Origin: a virus
Taxonomy: Duplodnaviria > Caudoviricetes
IMG/VR virus record: IMGVR_UViG_3300045283_000278
Location: 1 to 56,150 of that record
DNA length: 56,150 nucleotides
Direction: 5' to 3' (one strand)
Shown one piece after another: positions 35,791 to 43,612 of the stretch (position 1 is its first letter; each line of letters opens with the position of its first letter). The position numbers and the translations under genes are program-made. Below the pieces are notes generated by a model. That model was not told where the DNA came from, did not search any database, and was given only the letters and a program-made list of their open reading frames with translations.

Positions 35791-35826
35791 GTGCCCTACT
35801 GATAAGCGGTCTTTCAGCTATTGCAC
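35791..35826. other. Candidate attP (AT-richer imperfect inverted repeat)
   Basis: gtgccctactgataag-cggt-ctttcagctattgcac; intergenic, at the usual attP position next to the repressor. Confidence 0.25.
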
Positions 35827-36041
35827 AGGCTTGGGATGGTGGCGCACGTTAGGTTGCCACTGGTTCACATAACGGCTGCGGGGGTTCGGTAGGGATGAGC
35901 GCGACGGGCGGGGTCGGGGGATCTGGATTTCTGCCGGGTGACGAACTAGTGTTCGGTTCCTCGCCGTCGATGGTCGCCGACGACGCGGGATCAACCGGAG
36001 TGGTTGGGGACATTGCGGCCGGGAGCGGAAGGGACCGCTTC

Positions 36042-36272
36042 ATGCAGCATCCGATCATCCATCTACTCCAGGGCGGGGCCTCGGTCTCCGTGCTGGAGTG
36101 GGAGGCCGACCTTGAGCGTCGCGTCGCATCGTTCATCGAGCGCCACCTCCTGACGAGCCCTCCCCCTGGCCCGAGTCAGGTCGCCGTTGATCTTGGCGAG
36201 TGGGCCGAGGGGCTCGAGTGCGACGCCCGGTCTCGCCTGGGATTGGCGGCGCCCCGCCACCAGTTGGCTTAG
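36042..36272 (+). CDS. Possible 76-aa protein overlapping repressor tail in antisense
   Basis: GGAAGGGA purine run before ATG 36042; protein-like composition. Confidence 0.3.
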   Translation: MQHPIIHLLQGGASVSVLEWEADLERRVASFIERHLLTSPPPGPSQVAVDLGEWAEGLECDARSRLGLAAPRHQLA

Positions 36273-36537
36273 ATCTCCCGCGACCGGCCTGCGCCTCCGC
36301 GATCGGCCATTCGTAGAAGACGGCAGGCTCTTCGCCCATCGCCGTCGCAAGCGACTCCAGGATGTCGGCCGGGGGCACCGTCCCTCGGCCTCGCTGCTGC
36401 TCGTACTTCTGAATCACCGAGAGCGACACCGGAGGGTTTGTTAGCCGGGCCAGTTCGCCCTGGCTAAGCCCGTGCTTCTCCCGGAGTTCTGGGAGCAGCT
36501 CATAGAGAAGCTTCGGCGGCGGCGCCACTGCCGTCAT
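36133..36537 (-). CDS. Immunity repressor (XRE-family HTH)
   Basis: LRE.HGLSQGELA....VS.S.I..YEQ...P....L..LA.A; divergent from Cro-like gene. Confidence 0.82.
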   Translation of the reverse strand: MTAVAPPPKLLYELLPELREKHGLSQGELARLTNPPVSLSVIQKYEQQRGRGTVPPADILESLATAMGEEPAVFYEWPIAEAQAGRGRSKPTGGGAPPIPGETGRRTRAPRPTRQDQRRPDSGQGEGSSGGGAR

Positions 36538-36546
36538 ACAAAACGT

Positions 36547-36597
36547 TGCATGACGGCTTGACAAGTGATGCAGCGTCGTCGTACGATCCGTAGCACG
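36547..36597 (+). promoter_or_regulatory. Early lytic promoter with overlapping operator-like dyad
   Basis: TTGACA (36558-63), 18 nt, TACGAT (36582-87), ATG 10 nt later; tgcatgac..gtgatgca imperfect inverted repeat flanks the -35. Confidence 0.75.
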
Positions 36598-36807
36598 ATG
36601 AAGCGTGTGACCCCACTCAAGCTCGCGATCGTCGCCTCGGGTCGAACCCAACGCGACATCGCCCAGGAGATCGGTGTGGACGAGGGCCACCTGTCTCGAA
36701 TCGTGAACGGCCTCCACTGCTCGGACCCTATGCGCGACGCGTTGTGCGACGCCCTCGGGAAGACGGTTGACGAGCTTTGGCCCGCTTCGGCACAGGCAGC
36801 GGCCTGA
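36598..36807 (+). CDS. Cro-like HTH protein
   Basis: TQRDIAQEIGVDEGHLSRIVNG..LCDALGKTVDELW; first gene of rightward operon. Confidence 0.85.
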   Translation: MKRVTPLKLAIVASGRTQRDIAQEIGVDEGHLSRIVNGLHCSDPMRDALCDALGKTVDELWPASAQAAA

Positions 36808-37328
36808 TGGTCCCCTCCCACGAGATCCGCCAGGCGCTCAGCCACTCCCTCGAGAGCGTCGCGCTCAACGAGCGCCAGCACCTCCTCATCTTCAACCCGG
36901 ACCCCGAGGTCAACAGCCTCGCCGAACGGATCGTCCATCTCCGCCGCCACGGCGTTCCCACCGACCTGGTGGCCGCCTTGGTCGCCGACGTCCGCCGGCT
37001 CCTGGAGCTCAACGCCGCCGAAGGGCACGGCACCCGCACGGTCGCGAGCCGTCTGGATGACCTTGCCTCCGCGCTTGCCCACGCGGAGCGCAACGAAGCC
37101 GTGGTCGCCGCCGTGTCGATCAAGCGCCTTGCCGGCCAGCTTCGGCCGCATCTCGCCACGCTTCGGCAGCCATCGACTGACGGTACGGCGTACTTCCGGG
37201 CGGCAGCGACGGTCAAGGACATTGTTCGATCGACGCCGCGGAGCCGGCTGACGTCACCGACGATGCGCCGCCAGCTCGGCGCCGGACCGCACGCCCAGCT
37301 GCTGGATCTGATGGGGACGGTGGCGTGA
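36807..37328 (+). CDS. Hypothetical protein (173 aa)
   Basis: TGATG coupling to cro. Confidence 0.6.
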   Translation: MVPSHEIRQALSHSLESVALNERQHLLIFNPDPEVNSLAERIVHLRRHGVPTDLVAALVADVRRLLELNAAEGHGTRTVASRLDDLASALAHAERNEAVVAAVSIKRLAGQLRPHLATLRQPSTDGTAYFRAAATVKDIVRSTPRSRLTSPTMRRQLGAGPHAQLLDLMGTVA

Positions 37329-37498
37329 TGGTTCCGTGGTGGTGCCTGGTGCCGATCCTGGTCGGCGGGGTTGCCGTGGCGATCATCGCCCTGGCGCTCA
37401 TCGAGCTCGCGTTCATCGTGACCGCCCACATCGTGTTCACCGCGGTCGAGCGTCACCGTCGCGCCCGTCTGGCCCGTCGGCGGATGGTGGTGCGCTAA
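37328..37498 (+). CDS. 56-aa membrane protein (below ORF-track cutoff)
   Basis: Hand-translated MVPWWCLVPILVGGVAVAIIALALIELAFIV...; TGATG and TAATG coupling on both ends. Confidence 0.65.
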   Translation: MVPWWCLVPILVGGVAVAIIALALIELAFIVTAHIVFTAVERHRRARLARRRMVVR

Positions 37499-37704
37499 TG
37501 GCCTGGCTCGGCGACGAGTTCGACCACGAGTACTGGCAGGACTTCGCCGAGGGCCTCGCCCGTGACGAAGACCGAGCCCGCATGACCCTGTACGGCGACC
37601 GGACCCGGTCCGGGGAGGTCGTGCCGTTGGGCTCCACCAAGCGGCCGCACTGGCCGGTCGACGTCTTCCAGGCGGGAGGCCACGATGACGACCGTCCCTT
37701 CTAG
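37498..37704 (+). CDS. Hypothetical protein (68 aa)
   Basis: TAATG coupling. Confidence 0.55.
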   Translation: MAWLGDEFDHEYWQDFAEGLARDEDRARMTLYGDRTRSGEVVPLGSTKRPHWPVDVFQAGGHDDDRPF

Positions 37705-37870
37705 CGCGTCGGTCATCACGGGCGGCGCCGGCGCTCGCGAGAAGGCGCTCGGGCACGTGTATGCCGCTGAGGCCCGCCGGTTCCTCACCGTGGCCGCTGA
37801 GGCGGGCGTCTCGATCACCGACACCTTCAACAACTGCGGCCCGGGGGCTACCGACCCCCAGGCCGCCTGA
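37685..37870 (+). CDS. Hypothetical protein (61 aa)
   Basis: GGAGG RBS. Confidence 0.5.
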   Translation: MTTVPSSASVITGGAGAREKALGHVYAAEARRFLTVAAEAGVSITDTFNNCGPGATDPQAA

Positions 37871-37889
37871 CCACCGAGAAGAGGTCTCG

Positions 37890-38120
37890 ATGGACGCACA
37901 GCAGATTACTCGTCGGCCTGGCGTCGACTGGACCTACACCCAGCTGGACGCTCTCCGTGATCTGGCGCGCACCTTGGAGTGCTCGTCGGGCACCGTGAGC
38001 CAGCTGGACCACGACGTCTGGCACTTCGTTGCCTATAGCGATCAGGGTGACGCCCCCGCATGCTCCGGGGTCATCACCGCCGACGGCCGCGTCCGCACCG
38101 ACGTGCTGGTGGCAGCCTGA
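37890..38120 (+). CDS. Hypothetical protein (76 aa)
   Basis: GAGG RBS; coupled to next gene. Confidence 0.55.
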   Translation: MDAQQITRRPGVDWTYTQLDALRDLARTLECSSGTVSQLDHDVWHFVAYSDQGDAPACSGVITADGRVRTDVLVAA

Positions 38121-39154
38121 TGGCCGGCCTGACGTTCGCTGCCGCCGCGGCGATCCCCGACACGTTCAACGTGCTCCTCTACGGTCCGCCGAAGGCCGGT
38201 AAGACCTCGGCGGCCGCGACGGCTCCTGGGCCGATCCTGTGGCTGAACATGGAGGGCGGCGGCGCTCTCGGGTACGCACGTCGCGTCGCCGCGCAGCGCG
38301 GCACCGAGATCCACGAGGTTCGTCCGCAGCGCCACGAGAAGCTCAAGCCGGTCCTCGAGGACATCTACCGGCACGTCTCCACCGGCGCCGAGCCGAAGGT
38401 GCAGACCGTGGTGGTCGACACGCTCGGCAAGGTCCGCGATCACCTGGCCCGCGACATCGGCGGGGCGCACCCGCAGATCCAGCACTGGGGCGAGGTAGCC
38501 AAGGTCATCGAGCAGTTCGTCGTGACGATGCGCGACCAGCCGGTCAACCTCATCCTCCTGGCGCACGAGGCGGTCAAGGACGCTGACGACGGCGACCGGA
38601 TCGTGGAGCCGCTGATCGGCGGCGCGACGACCGCAAAGGTCTGCGGCGAGGTCGACGTCATCGCCTACTGCGGGCGCAAGGAGGACGAGGACGGCAACGT
38701 CGAGTACCTCGGTGTGCTCGTCGAGCGCCGCGGTCGCCGCGCGGGTGATCGCTCCGGTGGTCTCGGCGCGAGCCGGCCGCTGGACCTGACCGAGTGGCTG
38801 GACACGTACGGCAAGGCGCTGGCCTCCGGCGCCCCGCTGTCCAGGGAGCCGGCCCAGCCCGAGCCGGCCGCGGACCCGGAGCCCGAGCCTGTGGTGGAGC
38901 CGATCACGAAGAAGCGGGCCGGCGAGATCGTCGACGCGGCCTGGCAGGTCGGTGTGGAGAACCAGCTGCAACTCGCCGCGTCGCACGCGCACGGCGCCGA
39001 CGTCGGGGACTGCTCGACGAAGACCGCCGCCAAGGAGGCCCTGGGGAAGCTCACTGGGCCGCAGGGGGACACGGTCATGAAGTGGCTGATCCGCAAGGCC
39101 GACGAGCAGGCGGCCGGCTCCCCCGACGGCGAGCGCAGCGAGGCTGCGGCATGA
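38120..39154 (+). CDS. Phage AAA ATPase (AAA_24 / Sak4-like recombination protein)
   Basis: Walker A YGPPKAGKTS, Walker B VVVDTL, LLAHE, GDRSG. Confidence 0.82.
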   Translation: MAGLTFAAAAAIPDTFNVLLYGPPKAGKTSAAATAPGPILWLNMEGGGALGYARRVAAQRGTEIHEVRPQRHEKLKPVLEDIYRHVSTGAEPKVQTVVVDTLGKVRDHLARDIGGAHPQIQHWGEVAKVIEQFVVTMRDQPVNLILLAHEAVKDADDGDRIVEPLIGGATTAKVCGEVDVIAYCGRKEDEDGNVEYLGVLVERRGRRAGDRSGGLGASRPLDLTEWLDTYGKALASGAPLSREPAQPEPAADPEPEPVVEPITKKRAGEIVDAAWQVGVENQLQLAASHAHGADVGDCSTKTAAKEALGKLTGPQGDTVMKWLIRKADEQAAGSPDGERSEAAA

Positions 39155-40038
39155 CGACGATCGAGCAGGCCAACGTGCAGGTCATGGGCCCGTTCGAGGT
39201 TCACACCATGCCGACAGGGGTGTCGGTCGCCTACCGCGACAAGGACCACAGCTACTGGAAGACCTGCGAGATCGCGGGTGGCGTGTGGAAGGGCACGGGC
39301 CGGCTGACTGGCGTGTCGACGGTCGTCAGCCCGTTTGACTTCCGTCCCGACAATCTCATGCGGTGGGCCGCCCGCACCAACGGTGCTGGCGTCGCCGCCC
39401 TTGCGGCCGAGGCGCTGTCGCTTGAGCACGCCGACGACATCCGCGCTTCGCTGCGCTGGCTGGAGTCGGCTGACTCGATCTGGTCCGCGCTTGAGGACGC
39501 GCGTCTGCTGTTCAGCGACGCGAGTGACGCAGCAGCCGACCGCGGCACCAACGTCCACAAGCACAGCCTCCAGGCGCTCGCGGCTGGCAGACCGGTGCCT
39601 GATTGGGCCTCGATGACCGAGATCGAGCGCGGCTACTCGCGCGGCGTCGAGACGTTCTGGATGGACCACGACCTCGAGCCCCTGCACAGCGAGACGGTCG
39701 TCGTCGACCCTCGGCTCGGCGTCGCGGGTCGCTTGGACCTGATCGCCCGGTCGCGAAAGCTCGGCGGCGTGGTGTTGCTGGATGCCAAGACGTCGGGATT
39801 CATCCCCAACAAGCATCACGTGCAGCTTGCCGGCTACGCCCACTGCGCGAACGAGTGCGGGTTGATCGACGAGTTCGCTGGGGCCTATGTGCTGCAGGTC
39901 GGCGCCGACGGCAGCTATGAGCTGATCCCGTCGCAGGCTACGGCCGAGTCGTTCGTCATGGCGGTGAAGGTCTACCGGGAGGCCGCACGCATTCAGCGCG
40001 ACGCGAGCAGGGCCGCGAAGAAGGCGAGCGCGGCATGA
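39151..40038 (+). CDS. PD-(D/E)XK exonuclease (Cas4/RecB-like)
   Basis: LTGVSTV, RGTNVH, AGRLDL, LDAKTS, QLAGY. Confidence 0.85.
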   Translation: MTTIEQANVQVMGPFEVHTMPTGVSVAYRDKDHSYWKTCEIAGGVWKGTGRLTGVSTVVSPFDFRPDNLMRWAARTNGAGVAALAAEALSLEHADDIRASLRWLESADSIWSALEDARLLFSDASDAAADRGTNVHKHSLQALAAGRPVPDWASMTEIERGYSRGVETFWMDHDLEPLHSETVVVDPRLGVAGRLDLIARSRKLGGVVLLDAKTSGFIPNKHHVQLAGYAHCANECGLIDEFAGAYVLQVGADGSYELIPSQATAESFVMAVKVYREAARIQRDASRAAKKASAA

Positions 40039-40238
40039 CCGTGATCTCGACGATCCCCGGTGCCCAGGACCGCCGGTGTGACGTGTGCCTGGAGTTCGGC
40101 GGCTTCCGTTCTGCGGAGCGCTACGCGGCGACCGGCTGGGAGCAGCACGACGGGTTCGACCTGTGCCCGATCTGCCTGTTCGAGTTCAACGGGCCGCAGG
40201 CCGCTCTCAACCACATCAACACGGAGGCGGCAGCGTGA
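40035..40238 (+). CDS. Small Cys4 protein (67 aa)
   Basis: CDVC..CPIC; ATGA coupling. Confidence 0.55.
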   Translation: MTVISTIPGAQDRRCDVCLEFGGFRSAERYAATGWEQHDGFDLCPICLFEFNGPQAALNHINTEAAA

Positions 40239-40630
40239 TCGACCCCGTCACGGTGGTGCAGTCGCTGCACGACGACGCCGCTGACCTCGACACGATCAGC
40301 AAGCGTCTCTACGAGGCCAACCAGCGAGTCGATCGCGCCGAGGCCGCCTGGGATCTCGTCTACGACGCCAACGCCGAGTCTCTCAAGGACGAGATGGTCG
40401 AGGACGGCCGCAAGGGCGACCCCGCCGAGCACTGGATCACCTCCGTGACCCGTCGTCAGCACCGGGTCGTCTACCAGGAGCTTCGAAACGCCAAGCGTGA
40501 GGTGGAGCGTCTGGAGCGCCAGTTGAAGGCGAAGACGTCGGCGACGTCGGCGCGCCAGTCGGAGTTGAAGGTGTTGCAGGACGAGGCGCGCGCCCAGGAC
40601 TACCTCTCGCAGAGGAGGCATGCGGCCTGA
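40235..40630 (+). CDS. Coiled-coil hypothetical protein (131 aa)
   Basis: GGAGG RBS, GTGA coupling. Confidence 0.6.
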   Translation: MIDPVTVVQSLHDDAADLDTISKRLYEANQRVDRAEAAWDLVYDANAESLKDEMVEDGRKGDPAEHWITSVTRRQHRVVYQELRNAKREVERLERQLKAKTSATSARQSELKVLQDEARAQDYLSQRRHAA

Positions 40631-40833
40631 TGCCCGACACCGTCGTCGACCCGCTCGCCGGCCCTGACGGCATCTTCGCCACGGACCGGCCGCCGACCCG
40701 CGGCGACTGGCACACGATCGCCGTGCTCGCCCTTCGCGTGCTCGGCCACCCACTTCCCACCAGCAGGTTCGACGCGACCGTCGCCGCCGTGCGACTGCGC
40801 GAGCACATCAACAACACCGAGAGGACCCAGTGA
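40630..40833 (+). CDS. Hypothetical protein (67 aa)
   Basis: Coupled start/stop. Confidence 0.55.
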   Translation: MPDTVVDPLAGPDGIFATDRPPTRGDWHTIAVLALRVLGHPLPTSRFDATVAAVRLREHINNTERTQ

Positions 40834-41204
40834 CCGCCACCGCCACCTCCAACGGCAAGACCATCGACCCGGTGCAGACCGCGATCAGCGAGGACGGACA
40901 GGTAGTTGATGCGCCGCCGAAGGCACCAGCCGAGCGCAAGATCAAGCCATACGCCGTGTTCGAGGTGATCGAGTCCAAGGACGACGTGCCGACCAAGTTG
41001 GAGTTCGTCTGCTCGGTCGAGGCGTTCGACAAGACCGAGGCCCGGTGGGCGGCCGTCGACAAGACCCCTGCGTTGAAGAAGCGCGTCACCGCCAAGGACG
41101 GCCAGTCCGGCGAGCCGGTGGTGCTGCTGCCGATCTCGGCCCGGTCGCTGTCGGGTGCTGAGGCGACGTTCGAGAAGGTCGAGCAGGTCATCGCGAGGGC
41201 ATGA
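40830..41204 (+). CDS. Hypothetical protein (124 aa)
   Basis: GAGGA RBS, GTGA coupling. Confidence 0.6.
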   Translation: MTATATSNGKTIDPVQTAISEDGQVVDAPPKAPAERKIKPYAVFEVIESKDDVPTKLEFVCSVEAFDKTEARWAAVDKTPALKKRVTAKDGQSGEPVVLLPISARSLSGAEATFEKVEQVIARA

Positions 41205-41533
41205 TCGCGCTGCCCCCTCATGGCCTGCCGGTGCTGCGGCCGCTGCGTCACGTTGACGCGGCGCGCAGTGGTCTGTCCCGGGTGCTCGTGGCCGACGCCG
41301 TGGCGATCGTCATTGACGGCGCGGAGAAGGCGGCCGAGGCGGCCGAGCGACGTCGGATTGAGCGTGAGGCGCGCGCCAGTCGGCCGTGGAGCCCGCCGTT
41401 TCGGTGCAATCGCTGCCACCGCTACGTGTCGAGTGCCACGTCGGCGTGCAAGGGCTGCGGGCATGTCGGGGCGACCTGCGACGAGGGTCAGCGGACCAGC
41501 TACGCCCGAGCCCATCGGAGGCATGCCGCATGA
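41201..41533 (+). CDS. Zn-ribbon hypothetical protein (110 aa)
   Basis: CNRC..CKGC; ATGA coupling. Confidence 0.55.
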   Translation: MIALPPHGLPVLRPLRHVDAARSGLSRVLVADAVAIVIDGAEKAAEAAERRRIEREARASRPWSPPFRCNRCHRYVSSATSACKGCGHVGATCDEGQRTSYARAHRRHAA

Positions 41534-41847
41534 GTCAGCGTGGCCACGCCCGAGAGCGCGCTGTCGTCGCCCATCTGCGAGAGCAGGACTGGATCGCCTT
41601 CCGCGCCCCCGCCAGCCTCGGCGTCGCCGACGTCGTCGCGCTGCGCGCCGGGTCAATCCCGCGACTGGTCGAAGTGAAATCGACCGCGCAGGGGCCATAC
41701 GAGCACTTCGGTCCCGCCGACCGCCAGAAGCTTGCGTCGGCCGCTTCGATGGCCGGCGCGTCGGCGTGGCTGGTGTGGTGGCCGCCGAGAGCGTCGATGC
41801 GCTGGATCGCCGAGTCCGAGTGGCCGGCCGTGAGGGCCGCGGCATGA
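41530..41847 (+). CDS. Holliday junction resolvase (Hjc-like)
   Basis: G..RERAV..HL...W.AFR..AS.GVADVVA...LVEVKST. Confidence 0.82.
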   Translation: MSQRGHARERAVVAHLREQDWIAFRAPASLGVADVVALRAGSIPRLVEVKSTAQGPYEHFGPADRQKLASAASMAGASAWLVWWPPRASMRWIAESEWPAVRAAA

Positions 41848-42530
41848 GGGGCGTTGCGGCATCCGAGGAGACCCGTGCATTGGCCCGAACGCTCCATGCC
41901 GAGGGTGTGTCGCCATTGGAGATCTCCCGGCGGCTGGGCTACGCCAGAGCAACGATCTACCAGTGGTTGGACCCGGAGCACATGAGCAAGCAGAAGGTGC
42001 GTCGGCTGCGGTATTCGCAGCCGTGTGTGGATTGCGGCAAGGCGACGGGCGGCTCCGGAGGTTTCGCTGCCCCTGCCCTGCGATGCGCACCCTGCCAGCG
42101 GCGGTGGCAGCGGGAGAACGCGATCTGGACCCGGGAGACTGTGATCACCGCGATCCAGGCATGGGCCGATGAGCATGGCGGCGTCCCACCGGTCGCAGCC
42201 GATTGGAATCCGGCGATAGCACGCCGCCTCGGTAAGCCCGAGAAGGCCGACAAGTTCTATGAGGACGACGCGTGGCCGACTGTCGAAAGCGTGCAGAAAG
42301 TTTTCGGGTCGTGGAACCAGGCGATTCGGGCCGCGGGGTTTGCGCCGAGGCGCCCCGGTCACTACGGCCGCGAAGGTGAGGACCCCACCGTGGTCCAACA
42401 CACCGTTGACCTGTACGAGCAAGGTCTGTCCCAACGAGAGATCGCCGAGTTGCTGGGCATCAGCAAGGCCGGCGTGCGATATCGGCTGGCTCGCGGGCGA
42501 GGGAAGCGATCGACCGGGGCCGCCGCATGA
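41844..42530 (+). CDS. HTH + Zn finger + homing-endonuclease-associated repeat + HTH DNA-binding protein
   Basis: EISRRLGY.RATIYQWL; CVDC..CAPC; WTRE.VI.AIQ.W...G..P...W..P......FGSWN.AI.AAG; SQREIAELLGISKAGV. Confidence 0.72.
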   Translation: MRGVAASEETRALARTLHAEGVSPLEISRRLGYARATIYQWLDPEHMSKQKVRRLRYSQPCVDCGKATGGSGGFAAPALRCAPCQRRWQRENAIWTRETVITAIQAWADEHGGVPPVAADWNPAIARRLGKPEKADKFYEDDAWPTVESVQKVFGSWNQAIRAAGFAPRRPGHYGREGEDPTVVQHTVDLYEQGLSQREIAELLGISKAGVRYRLARGRGKRSTGAAA

Positions 42531-42709
42531 GCCGGACGAAGCAGCGGACCTGCCGCGGCAAGCGCCGGTTCCGCGACCACGCCGAAGCCATCCGCTCCCT
42601 TCGCGGCCTCGCCGCCGTCAGCACCCGCCAGAAGATCGCTGACCGGGCATACGCCTGTGACCGCTGCGGCGGCTGGCATGTCTCATCCCGACCGGACCGG
42701 TACGCATGA
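42527..42709 (+). CDS. Small Zn-finger protein (60 aa)
   Basis: C.GKRRF..A...AYAC..CGGWH pattern. Confidence 0.65.
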   Translation: MSRTKQRTCRGKRRFRDHAEAIRSLRGLAAVSTRQKIADRAYACDRCGGWHVSSRPDRYA

Positions 42710-42975
42710 CCGCGATCGACAACACCATAGCCCGCCGGGTCACCGCCGCCAACGCCATCATGACCCTCGTCCCCGGCGAACACGCCGCCGCCCGCCGCGG
42801 CCCCGAGCTCGAGCACGAGGAGACCACCCGCCTGAACCGTCTACTCGAGCAGATCGGCCGGCTGGGCACCGCGATCCTGAAGCGTGACGACGAGGCCAAG
42901 AGCGACGCGTTGGTGCGGATCGCCGGGATCGTGCACGCCTGGATCGACCACCTCCAGGCCGAGGCCGCCCGATGA
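42706..42975 (+). CDS. Helical hypothetical protein (89 aa; MazG-fold-like pattern)
   Basis: LLEQIG.L..A....LVRIAG...AWI. Confidence 0.55.
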   Translation: MTAIDNTIARRVTAANAIMTLVPGEHAAARRGPELEHEETTRLNRLLEQIGRLGTAILKRDDEAKSDALVRIAGIVHAWIDHLQAEAAR

Positions 42976-43394
42976 ACGCCGAGCAGCCCAACAAGACCGT
43001 TGTCTTCGACGGTCCAGTGCCCATCTTCTCGAAGAAGACAGCGCAGCGCGACGCGGCGAGGGCGGTCGCCAATGCCCGCCGGCTCGCGCGCCGCAGGCTG
43101 CGTCATGACGTTCGAGACGGCCGTCGCAGCGTGGCCGACGCCATCACAGACCCTTGCGTCGCAACGCTTCGCTTGGCCGAGTTGATCGCCTGGCAGTACG
43201 GGTGGCCGGCGTGGCGCGCCGAGCACCTGCTCGCCAAGCACGAGATCTGCTCGCCCTTCCAGGTGTGCGGGAAGCTCACCGACCGCCAGCGTGCGGCGGT
43301 CGCCAGGGCCCTGCGTCACTGCGGAGATTCGCGACGGTTTGACCCTGAGACCGCCCACACCGGGGTCGTCGAGTGCAACGGTGGAGGCGCATGA
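42972..43394 (+). CDS. Actinobacterial IHF (mIHF/sIHF, H2TH)-like protein
   Basis: ANARRLARRRLRHDVRDG..S..D...LRLAELI...G....RA..LL...I......GKLTDRQR matches aIHF layout. Confidence 0.68.
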   Translation: MNAEQPNKTVVFDGPVPIFSKKTAQRDAARAVANARRLARRRLRHDVRDGRRSVADAITDPCVATLRLAELIAWQYGWPAWRAEHLLAKHEICSPFQVCGKLTDRQRAAVARALRHCGDSRRFDPETAHTGVVECNGGGA

Positions 43395-43612
43395 CGGAGC
43401 GCCCGAAGATGCCGGCCGAGGCCGTGGAGCGCGGCGCCCGGGTCCTCGCCCGGGTGCTACTGCGCCTGTACCCCGACGCCGAGACGATCCGCCTCTACCG
43501 AGCTGAAGACGTAGGGCCGGGACGTGAACTCGCGGTCGCCACGCGCGGGCAGGTCCAACGGCGTCCCGTGGAAGACGATCTCCATCCTGTCCCCGAGCGG
43601 AAGGTCGCGTGA
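43391..43612 (+). CDS. 73-aa protein overlapping integrase 3' end in antisense
   Basis: GGAGG RBS and ATGA coupling to IHF-like gene. Confidence 0.5.
   Translation: MTERPKMPAEAVERGARVLARVLLRLYPDAETIRLYRAEDVGPGRELAVATRGQVQRRPVEDDLHPVPERKVA

Noticed and set aside
35849-36136. 95-aa minus-strand ORF downstream of the repressor
   Set aside because: Pro/Ser-rich low-complexity product with no motif; competing + strand ORF looks more protein-like; unresolved
39151-40038. Cas4-like nuclease as sign of a CRISPR system
   Set aside because: No array or other cas genes; paired with the AAA ATPase as a standard phage recombination module
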